The position numbers and the translations under genes were made by a program. 64,000 nt of DNA from Octopus bimaculoides. Lineage: Eukaryota. Location of the stretch: the NCBI RefSeq assembly GCF_001194135.2, contig NC_069007.1, forward strand, positions 1,641,729 through 1,705,728. Reading direction: 5' to 3'. Below the pieces are notes generated by a model. That model saw only the letters and a program-made list of their open reading frames with translations, ran no database searches and had not been told where the DNA came from. This document shows positions 51,848-64,000 of this stretch, one piece after another (positions within the stretch are counted from its first letter, which is position 1; the number at the start of each line of letters is the position of its first letter).

Positions 51848-51850
<3 letters not shown>
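51615..51850. repeat. Diverged inverted repeat (about 105-bp arms)
   Basis: The reverse complement of 51615-51722 aligns by eye to 51740-51850 (ACGTGTTTATGTGAT.GTGTGTGCTT.TACATAA...TTTGCATGTATG.ATCTAAG...CCTTAGA). Confidence 0.75.
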
Positions 51851-51927
<77 letters not shown>

Positions 51928-52150
51928 TATATAATAATATTAGGGACAAAATCCAAAATTACAGGTAAAAAAACTCAATTTTTATGTGTATGTATATGTG
52001 TATATAATATGTATATATATATATACACACTCGAGAAACAGTTATATATACAACATTCACAAGTACATACATATACACACGACTACACACATAACTGAAG
52101 ACTCTCATACATTGATAAACACATACCACACCCGTATGTGCGTATACCTA

Positions 52151-52253
<103 letters not shown>

Positions 52254-52254
52254 G

Positions 52255-52378
52255 ACGTACCTCTTTCAGTTTCCGTTCACTATTCTTATGGATTCAGACG
52301 CTTCATCGAGATGCCGCGCAGGGAGAGTCTGAACCCGGAACCGTGTGATTGAGAAGAAAGTTTCTTACTGCACAAACA
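52255..52378 (-). mobile_element. SINE family B, 5' part
   Basis: CTTTCAGTTTCCGT...TGAACCCGGAACCGTGTGATTGAGAAG.AAGTTTCTTAC is the reverse complement of the family B head. Confidence 0.65.
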
Positions 52379-55300
52379 CTATTATTACGTTTCTATTGAC
52401 CAAACGCACGCAGCGACTTTTCACAGTTTCGCTGCATATTTACTACAAGTAATTGCCATACACTACGCACGGAAAATACAACGACGCGGAAGAGAGAAAA
52501 TGATAAAAGTCAATCTATCCATTCACAATGAATTTACCATAAAAATGACAGTTAGTTATATAGAAACTATGAAATCAAAATTCTATCACAATGCCGAATA
52601 TAAACGTACAAAATACATAATTTCTTTGCAAACACTAAAAATGCGGGATTGACGTCGTAGAGATATAACAAGCAAATTCCGTGCCGGATCACGAAAAATG
52701 CTAAATGTTAAATTCCGAGGGGATAAGTAGCAAAACTATGTCATCCACTACGAAACAAACAACATCAACGCTTAATATATTGAAGATGAGGGTTATACAG
52801 GCTGGAAATGCTAAGGAAATAAATTTAGGGAATGTAAGTGAAAAGGATAGAAAAAGGATAGAAGGATACTATTTAAGCTTAAATTCATTTCTAATATAAC
52901 ATCTAAAAGTAAGTTACTTCCATACGCATACATACATACATACACTCACACAATGTATATATGTACGTATGCATAATTCTTAAACAAAAATGTTGATAGT
53001 AGGTTTGTAGTTACGGCCAGTTAAGCAATATGTTTCCACTCGATGAAATATCTATTAGAAATTTGTAGCCGGACAATGGCTGAACAGGCCAAAACGCAGA
53101 AATCACTATCGACAAAATTGTTATTTAAGAAAGACAACTTTCTACAATACAGAAACATAGAGTAACGCATCAGGTTTACGTAAAATTGTTTTTATCATAA
53201 CTGAACGCAAAAACAAACATTAACACACAAGCACATGCACATGCACAAACTTATTGATGCATGTATGTGTGTGTGTGCATGTGTGTGTGCATGTGTGTGT
53301 GCATGTGTGTGTGCGTGAGTTCATGTAGGTATGTGCTGAAGCAGGGAAAGAGATGGGAAGTGAGACAGAGAGATAGAAGGAAAGAGATGGGGAGGGAAGT
53401 CGCATAATAAATATTTGTTGATTTTATTTTGAAGCAGGAACATTGCAAGTTGAAAGTTTAACACTCTCGATTCTCATACAAATGCGAAAATATGACAGCA
53501 TGTCAATTAACCTAATATAACGAAAGATCGAAATGCCAAATTGATAGTGTTAAGTTCCGGAAATTCAGTTTAGAAATTTAACAGAATTTGATGTGTTAGC
53601 GCTTATAGAATTCCATGTAAGAAATAACGCATACATACCATCGACATTTCTGTAACACGTGGGGTGCAGTGATCCACCCAACTTCCATTTTTTAAAAAAT
53701 TGTTGTTAATACGTGAAACTATTGGTAGTGTCCATTTCTGTTTAAAACTCACTATGAAGTAATCATTATCATTCTTCAAGAATATTCATTTTCTTCACTT
53801 TTTTTCTCTTCTATAGCAGGATACAAATTCATATACATACACCGATACTTAGGTTCGTATATACAAGATGTATAGGAAGAAAAACATTTACATACTCATA
53901 TGCAGGCATACAAACACCCATTCCGTGTATATACGCATGCGTGTGTCCGTGAGACAATGTCTGTAAGAATGTTTCAAATGCATCGCAAACAATGTTCTTT
54001 GCGAAGTCTATGAAAAATGTCTCAACAGATCTGGTTAAGATTTGAGTGATAATATAAAAGTTTATGCAAACATGTAGAGGCATACACACTATCAATCAAG
54101 CAAGTACGTTTATATTCAGAGGCACACACGAACGACAGACAGACAGATAGACACCCAATATACATACATAGGATCATAAGCGTATTTAATATATATATAT
54201 ATATANNNNNNNNNNNNNNNNNNNNNNNNNNNNNNNNNNNNNNNNNNNNNNNNNNNNNNNNNNNNNNNNNNNNNNNNNNNNNNNNNNNNNNNNNNNNNNN
54301 NNNNNNNNNNNNNNNNNNNNNNNNNNNNNNNNNNNNNNNNNNNNNNNNNNNNNNNNNNNNNNNNNNNNNNNNNNNNNNNNNNNNNNNNNNNNNNNNNNNN
54401 NNNNNNNNNNNNNNNNNNNNNNNNNNNNNNNNNNNNNNNNNNNNNNNNNNNNNNNNNNNNNNNNNNNNNNNNNNNNNNNNNNNNNNNNNNNNNNNNNNNN
54501 NNNNNNNNNNNNNNNNNNNNNNNNNNNNNNNNNNNNNNNNNNNNNNNNNNNNNNNNNNNNNNNNNNNNNNNNNNNNNNNNNNNNNNNNNNNNNNNNNNNN
54601 NNNNNNNNNNNNNNNNNNNNNNNNNNNNNNNNNNNNNNNNNNNNNNNNNNNNNNNNNNNNNNNNNNNNNNNNNNNNNNNNNNNNNNNNNNNNNNNNNNNN
54701 NNNNNNNNNNNNNNNNNNNNNNNNNNNNNNNNNNNNNNNNNNNNNNNNNNNNNNNNNNNNNNNNNNNNNNNNNNNNNNNNNNNNNNNNNNNNNNNNNNNN
54801 NNNNNNNNNNNNNNNNNNNNNNNNNNNNNNNNNNNNNNNNNNNNNNNNNNNNNNNNNNNNNNNNNNNNNNNNNNNNNNNNNNNNNNNNNNNNNNNNNNNN
54901 NNNNNNNNNNNNNNNNNNNNNNNNNNNNNNNNNNNNNNNNNNNNNNNNNNNNNNNNNNNNNNNNNNNNNNNNNNNNNNNNNNNNNNNNNNNNNNNNNNNN
55001 NNNNNNNNNNNNNNNNNNNNNNNNNNNNNNNNNNGATGCGTGCATACACAGATCATGTAATGTCTGTTTTGTTTCCAATTCTTCAGTTCACTTTTGGTTA
55101 AAAAAAAAAAAACGTTTGTTAAAGATAAGAAAATATATTCGAATATTTTTTTTTCCCCTTTTTACACGTCTTTAATTAGTTTTCTTGCCGTCGCTCTTTC
55201 TATATTGAAGCAACAATACTTCACATCAAGTAGATGGTATGAGATAGCATCCACCTTAGAATCACGTACTAGACTCACTTCCAATTGCAGTCTAGTTTTA

Positions 55301-55688
55301 TTGAATTTTTATTGAATTCAAGTTTTGTATCATTATGATCGTCTTGTTAATGACAGATCAACCATCGTTTTGTACGATCAGCTTTCGGTTTTTGAACTAC
55401 GTATACTTTTAATTCTTTTACTGAATTATTGAGCACATAGTTGAGTATACTGAAGACATGTGTAAAATTCACAGTAAAACTAAATGCATGTGACAATAGA
55501 CAGGATTTTCGTACTACAGGTAGGTTTCATCGGACAGTTTTACCCCATTCTTTCTATCTCTCCACATTTCCCAAATATAGGCGCAGGCTTCCGAAACACA
55601 TAGATGTCTGTTTAGTGCCACTGCATGACTAATTGAGCAAGTGTCTTCTACTATAATGTTGGGGCGTCCAAAGCCTTTATATACACAC

Positions 55689-55958
55689 ACAAAAATAGGA
55701 GGAATGACCAGCAAAAGTGGACTCCTATATGCTAAAAATAGATGCCGAATCATCTAACCTCGAAAAATATGTTCTCAGTAAAAACTTAGCGACACGTATT
55801 TTTCGTGGTTAGATGATTCGGCATCTATTTCTAGCAAAAAGGAGTCCACTTTTGCTGGTCATTCCTCTTATTTTTGTATGTAATATCATTTTAATCTTCG
55901 GATTTTTTTAATATGCTAGACAACTGGTTTTAATTGATTAATATCAATTTCTACCCTT

Positions 55959-55962
<4 letters not shown>
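55689..55962. mobile_element. Hairpin repeat family P, copy 2
   Basis: Arms 55689-55769 and 55797-55877 are complementary with 5 mismatches in 81. Same downstream tail as copy 1. Confidence 0.85.
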
Positions 55963-55994
<32 letters not shown>

Positions 55995-55995
<1 letters not shown>

Positions 55996-56185
55996 TCTTT
56001 TATTCTCTTATTTCACCGCGGTCATGCTGGAACACCGCCTTTAGTTGCACAAATCTACCCCAGGACTTATTCTTTGTAGGCCTGGTACTTATTTTATTGG
56101 TGTCTTTTGCCGGACCGCTAATTTACGGGGACGTAAACACAACGACATCGCTTGTCAAGCGATGGACAAACACAAACGCTCAAGC
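55995..56185 (-). mobile_element. SINE family B, 3' half
   Basis: GCGGTCATGCTGGAACACCGCCTTTAG...GGGGACGTAAACAC...TGTCAAGCGATGG. Confidence 0.8.
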
Positions 56186-56664
56186 ATATCCTTCTCTATG
56201 TATGTATATAGAGAATAATTACTGGAGTCCAGCCATTCCACTAAAAGTTCTTCAATATGGTGCCCCAGGGTGGCGCTAGTCTAACGACCGAAACAAGTAA
56301 CAACATACGTAAATACCCACCTTTATTGATCTACCTAAAATATGAAAACCTTTCTCGGGAGGACGCCATCATATGAGGATTTCGGCAACAACTCTCTAAT
56401 TACGCATTTATATCTGCTGGATATTTCCAACATAGCTTATATCAAACATTAACTGATAAATGCTTTTATCATTATTATTATTACAAGTTACATTGCAATG
56501 AACTGCCGCGCCTGGGCGCACACTCACTACCATGCTTGGATTATCGGAATTTAGTAACTTCAAATGGAAATAAATTTTCGGTAACAGCAGAACTCGAATG
56601 AAATGAAGCGACAAATAAATATTGTGTGTAAAATAATGGGTAATATAACAAAAAAAAAAAATTC

Positions 56665-56926
56665 CACGATCGGGAGAGCGTGATTTCAATTCCTACACCG
56701 GGTAGTGTGTTGTGTTCTTGAGCAAAACACTTCATCTGGAATTGCTCTGCAATCAGTTCGACAAATGACGCCTGGTACACCTGTGCAGACAATGTCGTTT
56801 GGACGGAGAGGGTACGCCAATGTGTGGCACGAACATTTCGCCACTAAAAACAAGAAATCATTTGTGCAGGTCCTACGGCAAAAAGCTGAACCTAAAATAC
56901 CGTCCCGCCCTCGACGGGTTTGTCCG

Positions 56927-56930
<4 letters not shown>
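56665..56930 (+). mobile_element. Diverged SINE (tRNA head with GTGTTCTTGAGCAAAACACTT box)
   Basis: GATTTCAATTCC B-box-like motif followed by the TGTGTTCTTGAGCAAAACACTTCAT block typical of many metazoan SINE cores. Confidence 0.5.
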
Positions 56931-56968
<38 letters not shown>

Positions 56969-56987
56969 TGTTGTCTAAATCAATAAT

Positions 56988-57228
56988 ATTCTTTTCTACT
57001 CAAGGTACAAGGTCCGAAATTTTGGGGGAGGGGCCAGTCGATTAGATTGACCTCAGTAAGCAACTAGTATTTAATTTATCGACCCCGGAAAAATGAAACA
57101 CAAAGTCGACCCGGCGGAATTTGAACTCTGAACGAAATGGCAGGCGAAANNNNNNNNNNNNNNNNNNNNNNNNNNNNNNNNNNNNNNNNNNNNNNNNNNN
57201 NNNNNNATGCCAACTCGCTGCCTTCTAA
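56988..57228 (-). mobile_element. SINE family A (small gap 57150-57206 inside)
   Basis: TTTTGGGGGAGGGGCCAGTCGATTAGATTGACC...GGCGGAATTTGAACTC...GCCAACTCGCTGCC. Confidence 0.8.
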
Positions 57229-57272
57229 TTCAAAATATTGTCACAATGATATTCATGTTGGCACTCGCGCGC

Positions 57273-57331
<59 letters not shown>

Positions 57332-57758
57332 CACAATAGCATTCAGGACTATACTGTTTATGCTGTTTTAATGGCAGTGGAAGAACGTTATTGTCGGATT
57401 AGAACTCATCTGTTTTTGATTCCGTTGTGAAATTCGTAAAAAAACAAAAAAAACACATGCATACGCATCCCATTCTAGTTCGCTTCGAACTCAAATTTAC
57501 ACACATGGCCTCTCAACTTTCCGTTGATGAGTTTTATAGCACGTATGCGTTTCCATACTGTGAAATCAATAGACATCATATTTCCGTAACGTCTTTCTTC
57601 AAATTCTATGAGACATAATCGAATTTTACAATGCTTAATATTATTCACTACGTTTTCTGATGATAAGATAAAATATTCTAATGCAATATCAATGTTTTCC
57701 TCATATTTTATTGTACCTTTACATTGTAGTTTTATTCCCATATAATTTAATATAATAT

Positions 57759-57789
<31 letters not shown>

Positions 57790-57954
57790 GGAATATGGAT
57801 ATAATAATATTAATAATAATAATGTGTAATTACCTCATTTCATTTCTCCATCTATTACTTTTTCTTTCGTTTTCATCTTTACTTTCTGGCAAATTCGGTC
57901 TCCATTAAACTGTATGTATATAATTTCACTGAATGTTCTTGCTAAGGAATTACG

Positions 57955-57993
57955 TCTCTCTCTCTCTCTCTCTTTCTCTTTCTCTCTCTCTCT

Positions 57994-58080
<87 letters not shown>

Positions 58081-58369
58081 ATTTGACATCACCACCGTCC
58101 TCTTTTTGGTTTTTTGGTTTCCTTGGTGCCGTTGTTACTTCTTCTCCTCCGTATCCTCAGTTTCCTCCTTCGCCTCCTTTTCCTCTTCCTCCCTCTCCTC
58201 CTTCTCCTCCCCATCACCATCAAAACTGCCATCATTCTCCTCATTTTCATCGCCATCATCACCACTAAAATCATGATTCTCCGTTTCCTCCTCTTACGCC
58301 TCTCACCATCTCTCCACCCCATTATCATCATCACCATCAACATCATTTTCGACGTCTTCATCATCATCG

Positions 58370-58412
<43 letters not shown>
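57955..58412. repeat. (TC)n followed by (CCT)/(CAT)/(TTA)n tracts
   Basis: Direct reading of the sequence. Confidence 0.9.
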
Positions 58413-58414
<2 letters not shown>

Positions 58415-60043
58415 CTCCTTGCGCAGTTGACGTTCAGCAGGTATGAGCTGCAACTGCGAAATTTTCACATCTTTTTCTTTTTTTGTTGGATGGCATGGTT
58501 GATTACCGTTTGTCAGACGCGTCCTTTACTTCTTCCACAAGTTTAATTTTTGCTAATACAGAGCATAGCATATGACATGTAGAATGTCACCAAGCCCTCA
58601 CAGCACTTTACCAATTGTTCAAATATGTAAGTGGTGAGGTTTCCAATTGACATTCCATAGATGGTTACTGATGGGTAAAATGAAAACTTTCTCGGGAAAG
58701 CACTGGGTTTTGATGAAAATAAATCGGATGAGCCTCAGACCGGGGACCATCAATAATTAGGAATAGTCCCTGACACTACAATTAAAGGAATGATATCGCT
58801 GGATCCCGAAATATTCCAAAGATACCGAACTGGAATCAACGAAGTTGGTGTAACATGCGTGTAGATCGACGAGACTGTTTGGTACACAATTGTCTAAGAC
58901 TCGTACATATTTGAAGTGTATATATGTGTCGAAGGGATGTTCACGAGTGTAGAAGAGGTTTAGATACGAGCTGAGTCCATTATGAAGTTTGTCCCCGTGC
59001 CTTCCTTCGGTTAGGAAGGGTAGCGAATTGATTGTTTCTCTGATGGACTAAGCACCTCCACCCAGCTTGTCTCCCCCTTGTAAACATAAGGACATAGGAA
59101 TTGTGTGAAGGCCGACAGGAAACGGTGCAGCTTCCTAGGTCTAACTAACAGTATTATTATTCTATTGAGGGGACTATCACATTAAGTTGACAGCATACAA
59201 CTACTTCGTCATATCACTACTGCATAAATCTCTTTGAGAGATTTAGAAATGTATTATTTCTAAAAATGCAGTTGTTAATTCGGCTTTGAAATATGGCCGT
59301 TATTTGCGCGTTGTCCTCTTAACAAAGTCATTTTATTTAGAGATACTCCAGTGTACAAAGAATAAGAACCAGCTAGGTACTAGATGAGTGTGAAGTTCAA
59401 ATACCGGGCACTCAGCTAAATAATGAGTAATAGATACGGGATGAAGGCACCACTTCCTCCTTCCAATTCGGTTACCTAAACAACGAACGAAAGCAGGGTT
59501 TAGTTAGCGAAACTTTACTCTCATTTAAGTAACAGCCACCTACACGTCCAATGTTTATAACAATGCACTGTGTTAAATAACATAACACATCCTGTGAGAA
59601 TAGCGAGCAATGGCATTAATGAGCAATTACATTCCAAAACACAACCCACCGCCTTTTTGAGGAAACGTGAATCCAAGATCATACATCTAATGGATTTCTT
59701 ATGTATACCCATAGTTGCATATGCATGAATAGATCTTGGAGAATGTTTTCTTATCCATCTTAACATGTATAATGTCACGCATCTGAATACAAGTTAACTT
59801 GAAAGGGGGCGAGCTGCTGGTAGAACCGTTACTATGCTGGGCAAAACGCTTAGCAATATATATATATATATATATCTCCTGGCCTCTTGAAACGCTTCTA
59901 CTCCAACCCACACTTTTCTTCGCCATCCAGCTCGATCCTTATGCCATCCTTAAACCTTTTTCGTTGGGCTCAAATCTCATTTGTGAACCCATGGAAAACG
60001 AACGTCCAACAACTATTCTGCCTATATGTCCGTCCACACCGTT

Positions 60044-60110
60044 CAATGCAATGTATGCCAGAAGGTTTGCAAATCTAACGGATCCCTCAAAAGACATTTT
60101 TAAGATCCAC
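60044..60110 (+). pseudogene. Isolated frameshifted C2H2 zinc-finger-like coding relic
   Basis: CAA TGC AAT GTA TGC CAG AAG GTT TGC AAA TCT AAC GGA TCC CTC AAA AGA CAT TTT (T) AAG ATC CAC = QCNVCQKVCKSNGSLKRHF/KIH, i.e. C-x2-C-x12-H-x3-H with one extra T. Confidence 0.4.
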
Positions 60111-60698
60111 AAAGATCAGAACTTTTCTGCAGTTCTTGGTGGTCCAAATCAGAGGTGAAATTTATGTGGGTGTCTTTTCAAAACATTATGTAGTTTAAAA
60201 AGCCACATCAGATGCCATTATTATTCTAAGGTGTAGGTACAGAAAGCGGTCAACAAACTCTGAATGAGGAGTAGCCAACCACCATATATATATATATATA
60301 TATATANNNNNNNNNNNNNNNNNNNNNNNNNNNNNNNNNNNNNNNNNNNNNNNNNNNNNNNNNNNNNNNNNNNNNNNNNNNNNNNNNNNNNNNNNNNNNN
60401 NNNNNNNNNNNNNNNNNNNNNNNNNNNNNNNNNNNNNNNNNNNNNNNNNNNNNNNNNNNNNNNNNNNNNNNNNNNNNNNNNNNNNNNNNNNNNNNNNNNN
60501 NNNNNNNNNNNNNNNNNNNNNNNNNNNNNNNNNNNNNNNNNNNNNNNNNNNNNNNNNNNNNNNNNNNNNNNNNNNNNNNNNNNNNNNNNNNNNNNNNNNN
60601 NNNNNNNNNNNNNNNNNNNNNNNNNNNNNNNNNNNNNNNNNNNNNNNNNNNNNNNNNNNNNNNNNNNNNNNNNNNNNNNNNNNNNNNNNNNNNNNNNN

Positions 60699-60740
<42 letters not shown>

Positions 60741-62059
60741 GTTATTTTTATTTATTCTTCCCACGTAGATGTTCATAAAGTATGAATGGAGTTTTCTGAG
60801 GGTTTAGTATCGAATAACGTATTTCTCATTATACAACTTGTGCCTAAAATCACTGTCAGATCAAATACAGACACATGCAGCGTCAGAATTTCTTGTCTCG
60901 GTTCAAATAAGGGAAGCGGTATCTATCACTGAGGAGATACAATTAAGATGAAACACCGTTTCTGCACGTCTGTTGCATGTCATTTGGAGCTGAGTGTGTT
61001 TTTACATATAATAACATTATACAAAAATATATTCCTAACAAAATCCTGAAGTGAATACCATTCAGGTTCTCGTGTACATAAATGTGATAAAATTTACGCA
61101 GACATCATTATTTGGGATCCGTGGTGCATCGCAGAGCTATAATGAATGTATGTATTTATGTGCTTACTCACACACACTCATACACACACGCACATATTCA
61201 TCCAACTCTGATAACCCTAGTGTAATTTGTCAGCGAGATTTTAGTTGTTTCTATACCAAGTTAATCAACCACGAAGACACTCTTGCGATATCGCAGTGTA
61301 AGTTGCAATAAAGCTTGAGCGAGATTTTAATGGTTTTACCTTTCCTCCGTGTATGTGGCTTTTGTCTGGTTTGGAAATAATTGGTATATATTACTTATGT
61401 ACACGTGCAGCTAATAACGACGGCAAATATGTTTATCTAACACAATTATATTAAACATGATAATAAAATAGACTTAAAAATATAGAAAACTGTTTAGTTT
61501 GAAATACAGAAATTTAAATATTCAAATAACCCTCGCATTAAGCAATCTTGAAATATTTGCGTTCAACAATATTGGAATATTTGCTTTAATGTTTGCACGA
61601 ATTGAAAATTTATCTATATATTTGCTGTGTAAACAAAGACATAATTCTGTTAAGTCTTGAGTTACGCCCCTTTACCTGATATAAACTACGTAGACATTTA
61701 ACATTTACTATAAGAGTGATTGATGACTGTGAATGGCAAAATGTGTGAGTGACAATGTCATTCATTCATTATTTTCAGTGTATTAATACTGTTTTCAATT
61801 TTCACTGGAGTAATCGTATTTTACTCTTCTGGAGTTAATAGAACAAAAGGATTCTGATAATATTACCTTAGAAACTTAGATAGGTCTAACAGTATTATAT
61901 AAAAGTGATGTTTATACAATTATGCTGGCATTAACTGGTTGCGTGATAATTCTCTTGCGGATCTTTCAAGTTTTATCTATTTAATCCAGTATAATTCTCA
62001 ATTGGAAATTTATATATATGACCTCCTAGAAATTGCCGTCTCAAATCACTAAAACTAAG

Positions 62060-62215
62060 AGAGTACAAACCTCCGCCAAGGCACCACCAATGTCCTCTCA
62101 ACGATTAGGCGGAGATGAATTTTAAAATGAGAATATCTGAAATAAATCGACTGCTCTCACAAACGAAAATATTAAAAATGAACCCGACCGCTCTCAAAAG
62201 TTAACTAAAAAAAAA
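62060..62215. mobile_element. Possible non-autonomous DNA-element fragment (ACCTCCGCCAAGG terminus)
   Basis: ACCTCCGCCAAGG resembles termini of Crypton-type non-autonomous repeats, recalled from memory. There is no second copy in the window. Confidence 0.25.
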
Positions 62216-62907
62216 GATAGAATAATCCTGAATTCTTATATATATATATATGTAACATAAAGGAAATATATTCTATCGTCACTAATAATATATATAAAAT
62301 GTATGTACCCACACACAGGGCGTCTTTGACTTTTCGGCTACCAAATCCAGCAACAAGGTCTTATTTGATCGGGTGGTGGGGCAGAGTAAAAACTTTCGCC
62401 ATTTTCCACACAAAAAAAGAGAAAACACACTGCTAGGAATCAAGTTTCTAAACCATGCGACGACATTAGAGGTGATTACCATTTTTTTTTTCTTTTACAT
62501 GTCCAAGAAATTGCTACTACTGAAAATGTATATGGAATTCAAATTATTTTGTCATTTCATTAATAATAAATGGTTGCAAAAAATGGCACTGATATCGGTG
62601 TGGGTGAGATGGTGTCGGTACGTTTTTTTTGTCTGAGAATCGCTATTCTCAGACAAGTTCTGTTTTGAAAAATGGGATGGAGCGCTTCTAATCACAGGTA
62701 TGCTTCATCAGCGTTAACCTTACGCTGCTAACAACTGCTACTTGTTCTGTATGTATGTATGTGTGTATGTATGTATGTATGTGTGTGTGTGTGTATTCGT
62801 ATAAATAATTACATATGCATATGTATGTAATATATATGCACACAATTAAATTTGTGTATTGATACATTTTTTATACACTAACATACAAACACACGTGTGT
62901 GTGTGTG

Positions 62908-62945
<38 letters not shown>

Positions 62946-62973
62946 TATATATATATATATCTATATATAAAAG

Positions 62974-63005
<32 letters not shown>

Positions 63006-63602
63006 TATATATATATATATATATATATTCCATTTATATTGTATAGTCTTTTTTGTTCCTTAACATCGATTTCTATTTCGAATCTTTTGTATTATTTATG
63101 GCTGAAATTTATTTTTATGTTTTCCTTTTATTGTTATTTACTAAATTCATCGCTTCATGAAATAATGAAATAATGCGTTGCAAGTTTTATTTTAAAAGAT
63201 TATCAAATTATGAGAAGTAAAAAAAATAAAATAAATATACATACATATATTTTAAAATTTTGACAATTCTATATTTCTCATGAAAGAAAATATAAAATAA
63301 AAAGCAACAACAAAAGAAATAAGAGAATCACACATTTACGCGTAGGAAGAACATTTTTTCACACACATACGCAGATACATGCATAGTCTCCAGACACACA
63401 CACAAATTATTATTATCCAGCTATATATTTTTTACTCACACATTGTATTAAACACACAGGAGTATATGAAACTATGTAGGAGAGAGCAGAGAGAGGTGTT
63501 TCAAAATGAATGTGTAATTTTGTTAAAAGTATGTTATTATTGAAAATACAGTTAAATACCTTACGCATAATTCTTTATTTTCTAAATCATGCACCTATAT
63601 AA

Positions 63603-63658
<56 letters not shown>

Positions 63659-64000
63659 ACATACATGTCTGTTTGTGTGTACGTGAATGTGTTTGATACA
63701 CTTGTATGTCGCCGCATGCTAACAGTTTGCGTGGATTTTGTATCTAAATATGTTAGCAAGTGTATAAATTTCAAACTGATAAATATAAATAAAATACAAC
63801 AGGCTCAGCATTTTTATAGAAAGATGGTAAGATAACGTAGTAATTTCTGATGTAATAAAGCTGAGACATAAAATATTGTATTACAATGAAAGGCAATAAG
63901 AAACGAGAGCTATAATATATACATAGCACATTAACAGGTAAAAATAGTGTAGACAATAACTTATAGAGTGGTATATCTATAGATAGCAAGCGATGAGTAC

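Noticed and set aside
58640-59150. Stop-free minus frame of about 95 codons (SIRETINSLPFLTEGRHGDKLHNGLSSY...)
   Set aside because: No start codon, no recognisable domain, and only vague resemblance to LINE endonuclease regions. Not supportable by eye.

Overview
AT-rich, repeat-dense animal genomic DNA with 12 N-gaps. The SINE families and microsatellite load suggest an octopus or other cephalopod, which is an inference from memory of repeat content. I cannot support any intact host protein-coding gene. The long ORFs in the track are microsatellite or N-gap artefacts. The window contains (i) about 25 copies of three tRNA-derived SINE families, several with clean target-site duplications (TSDs), (ii) decayed mariner and probable Chapaev3-type transposase fragments and a Tc1/mariner MITE, (iii) a Penelope-like element (PLE) ORF fragment, and (iv) many simple and higher-order tandem repeats. 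The most interesting signal is a set of short dispersed repeats, mostly next to (TA)n tracts, that carry minimal type-I hammerhead-ribozyme-like motifs. There are about nine loci in at least three or four sequence families, and the better-preserved ones have a palindromic helix III. One copy is fused to a Pol III tRNA-like head, one is joined to a PLE ORF fragment, and two families share an unusual CUGUUGA core. Fold-back elements whose arms co-vary within each copy may belong to the same mobilisation system. All folds and alignments were done by eye, and ribozyme activity is untested.
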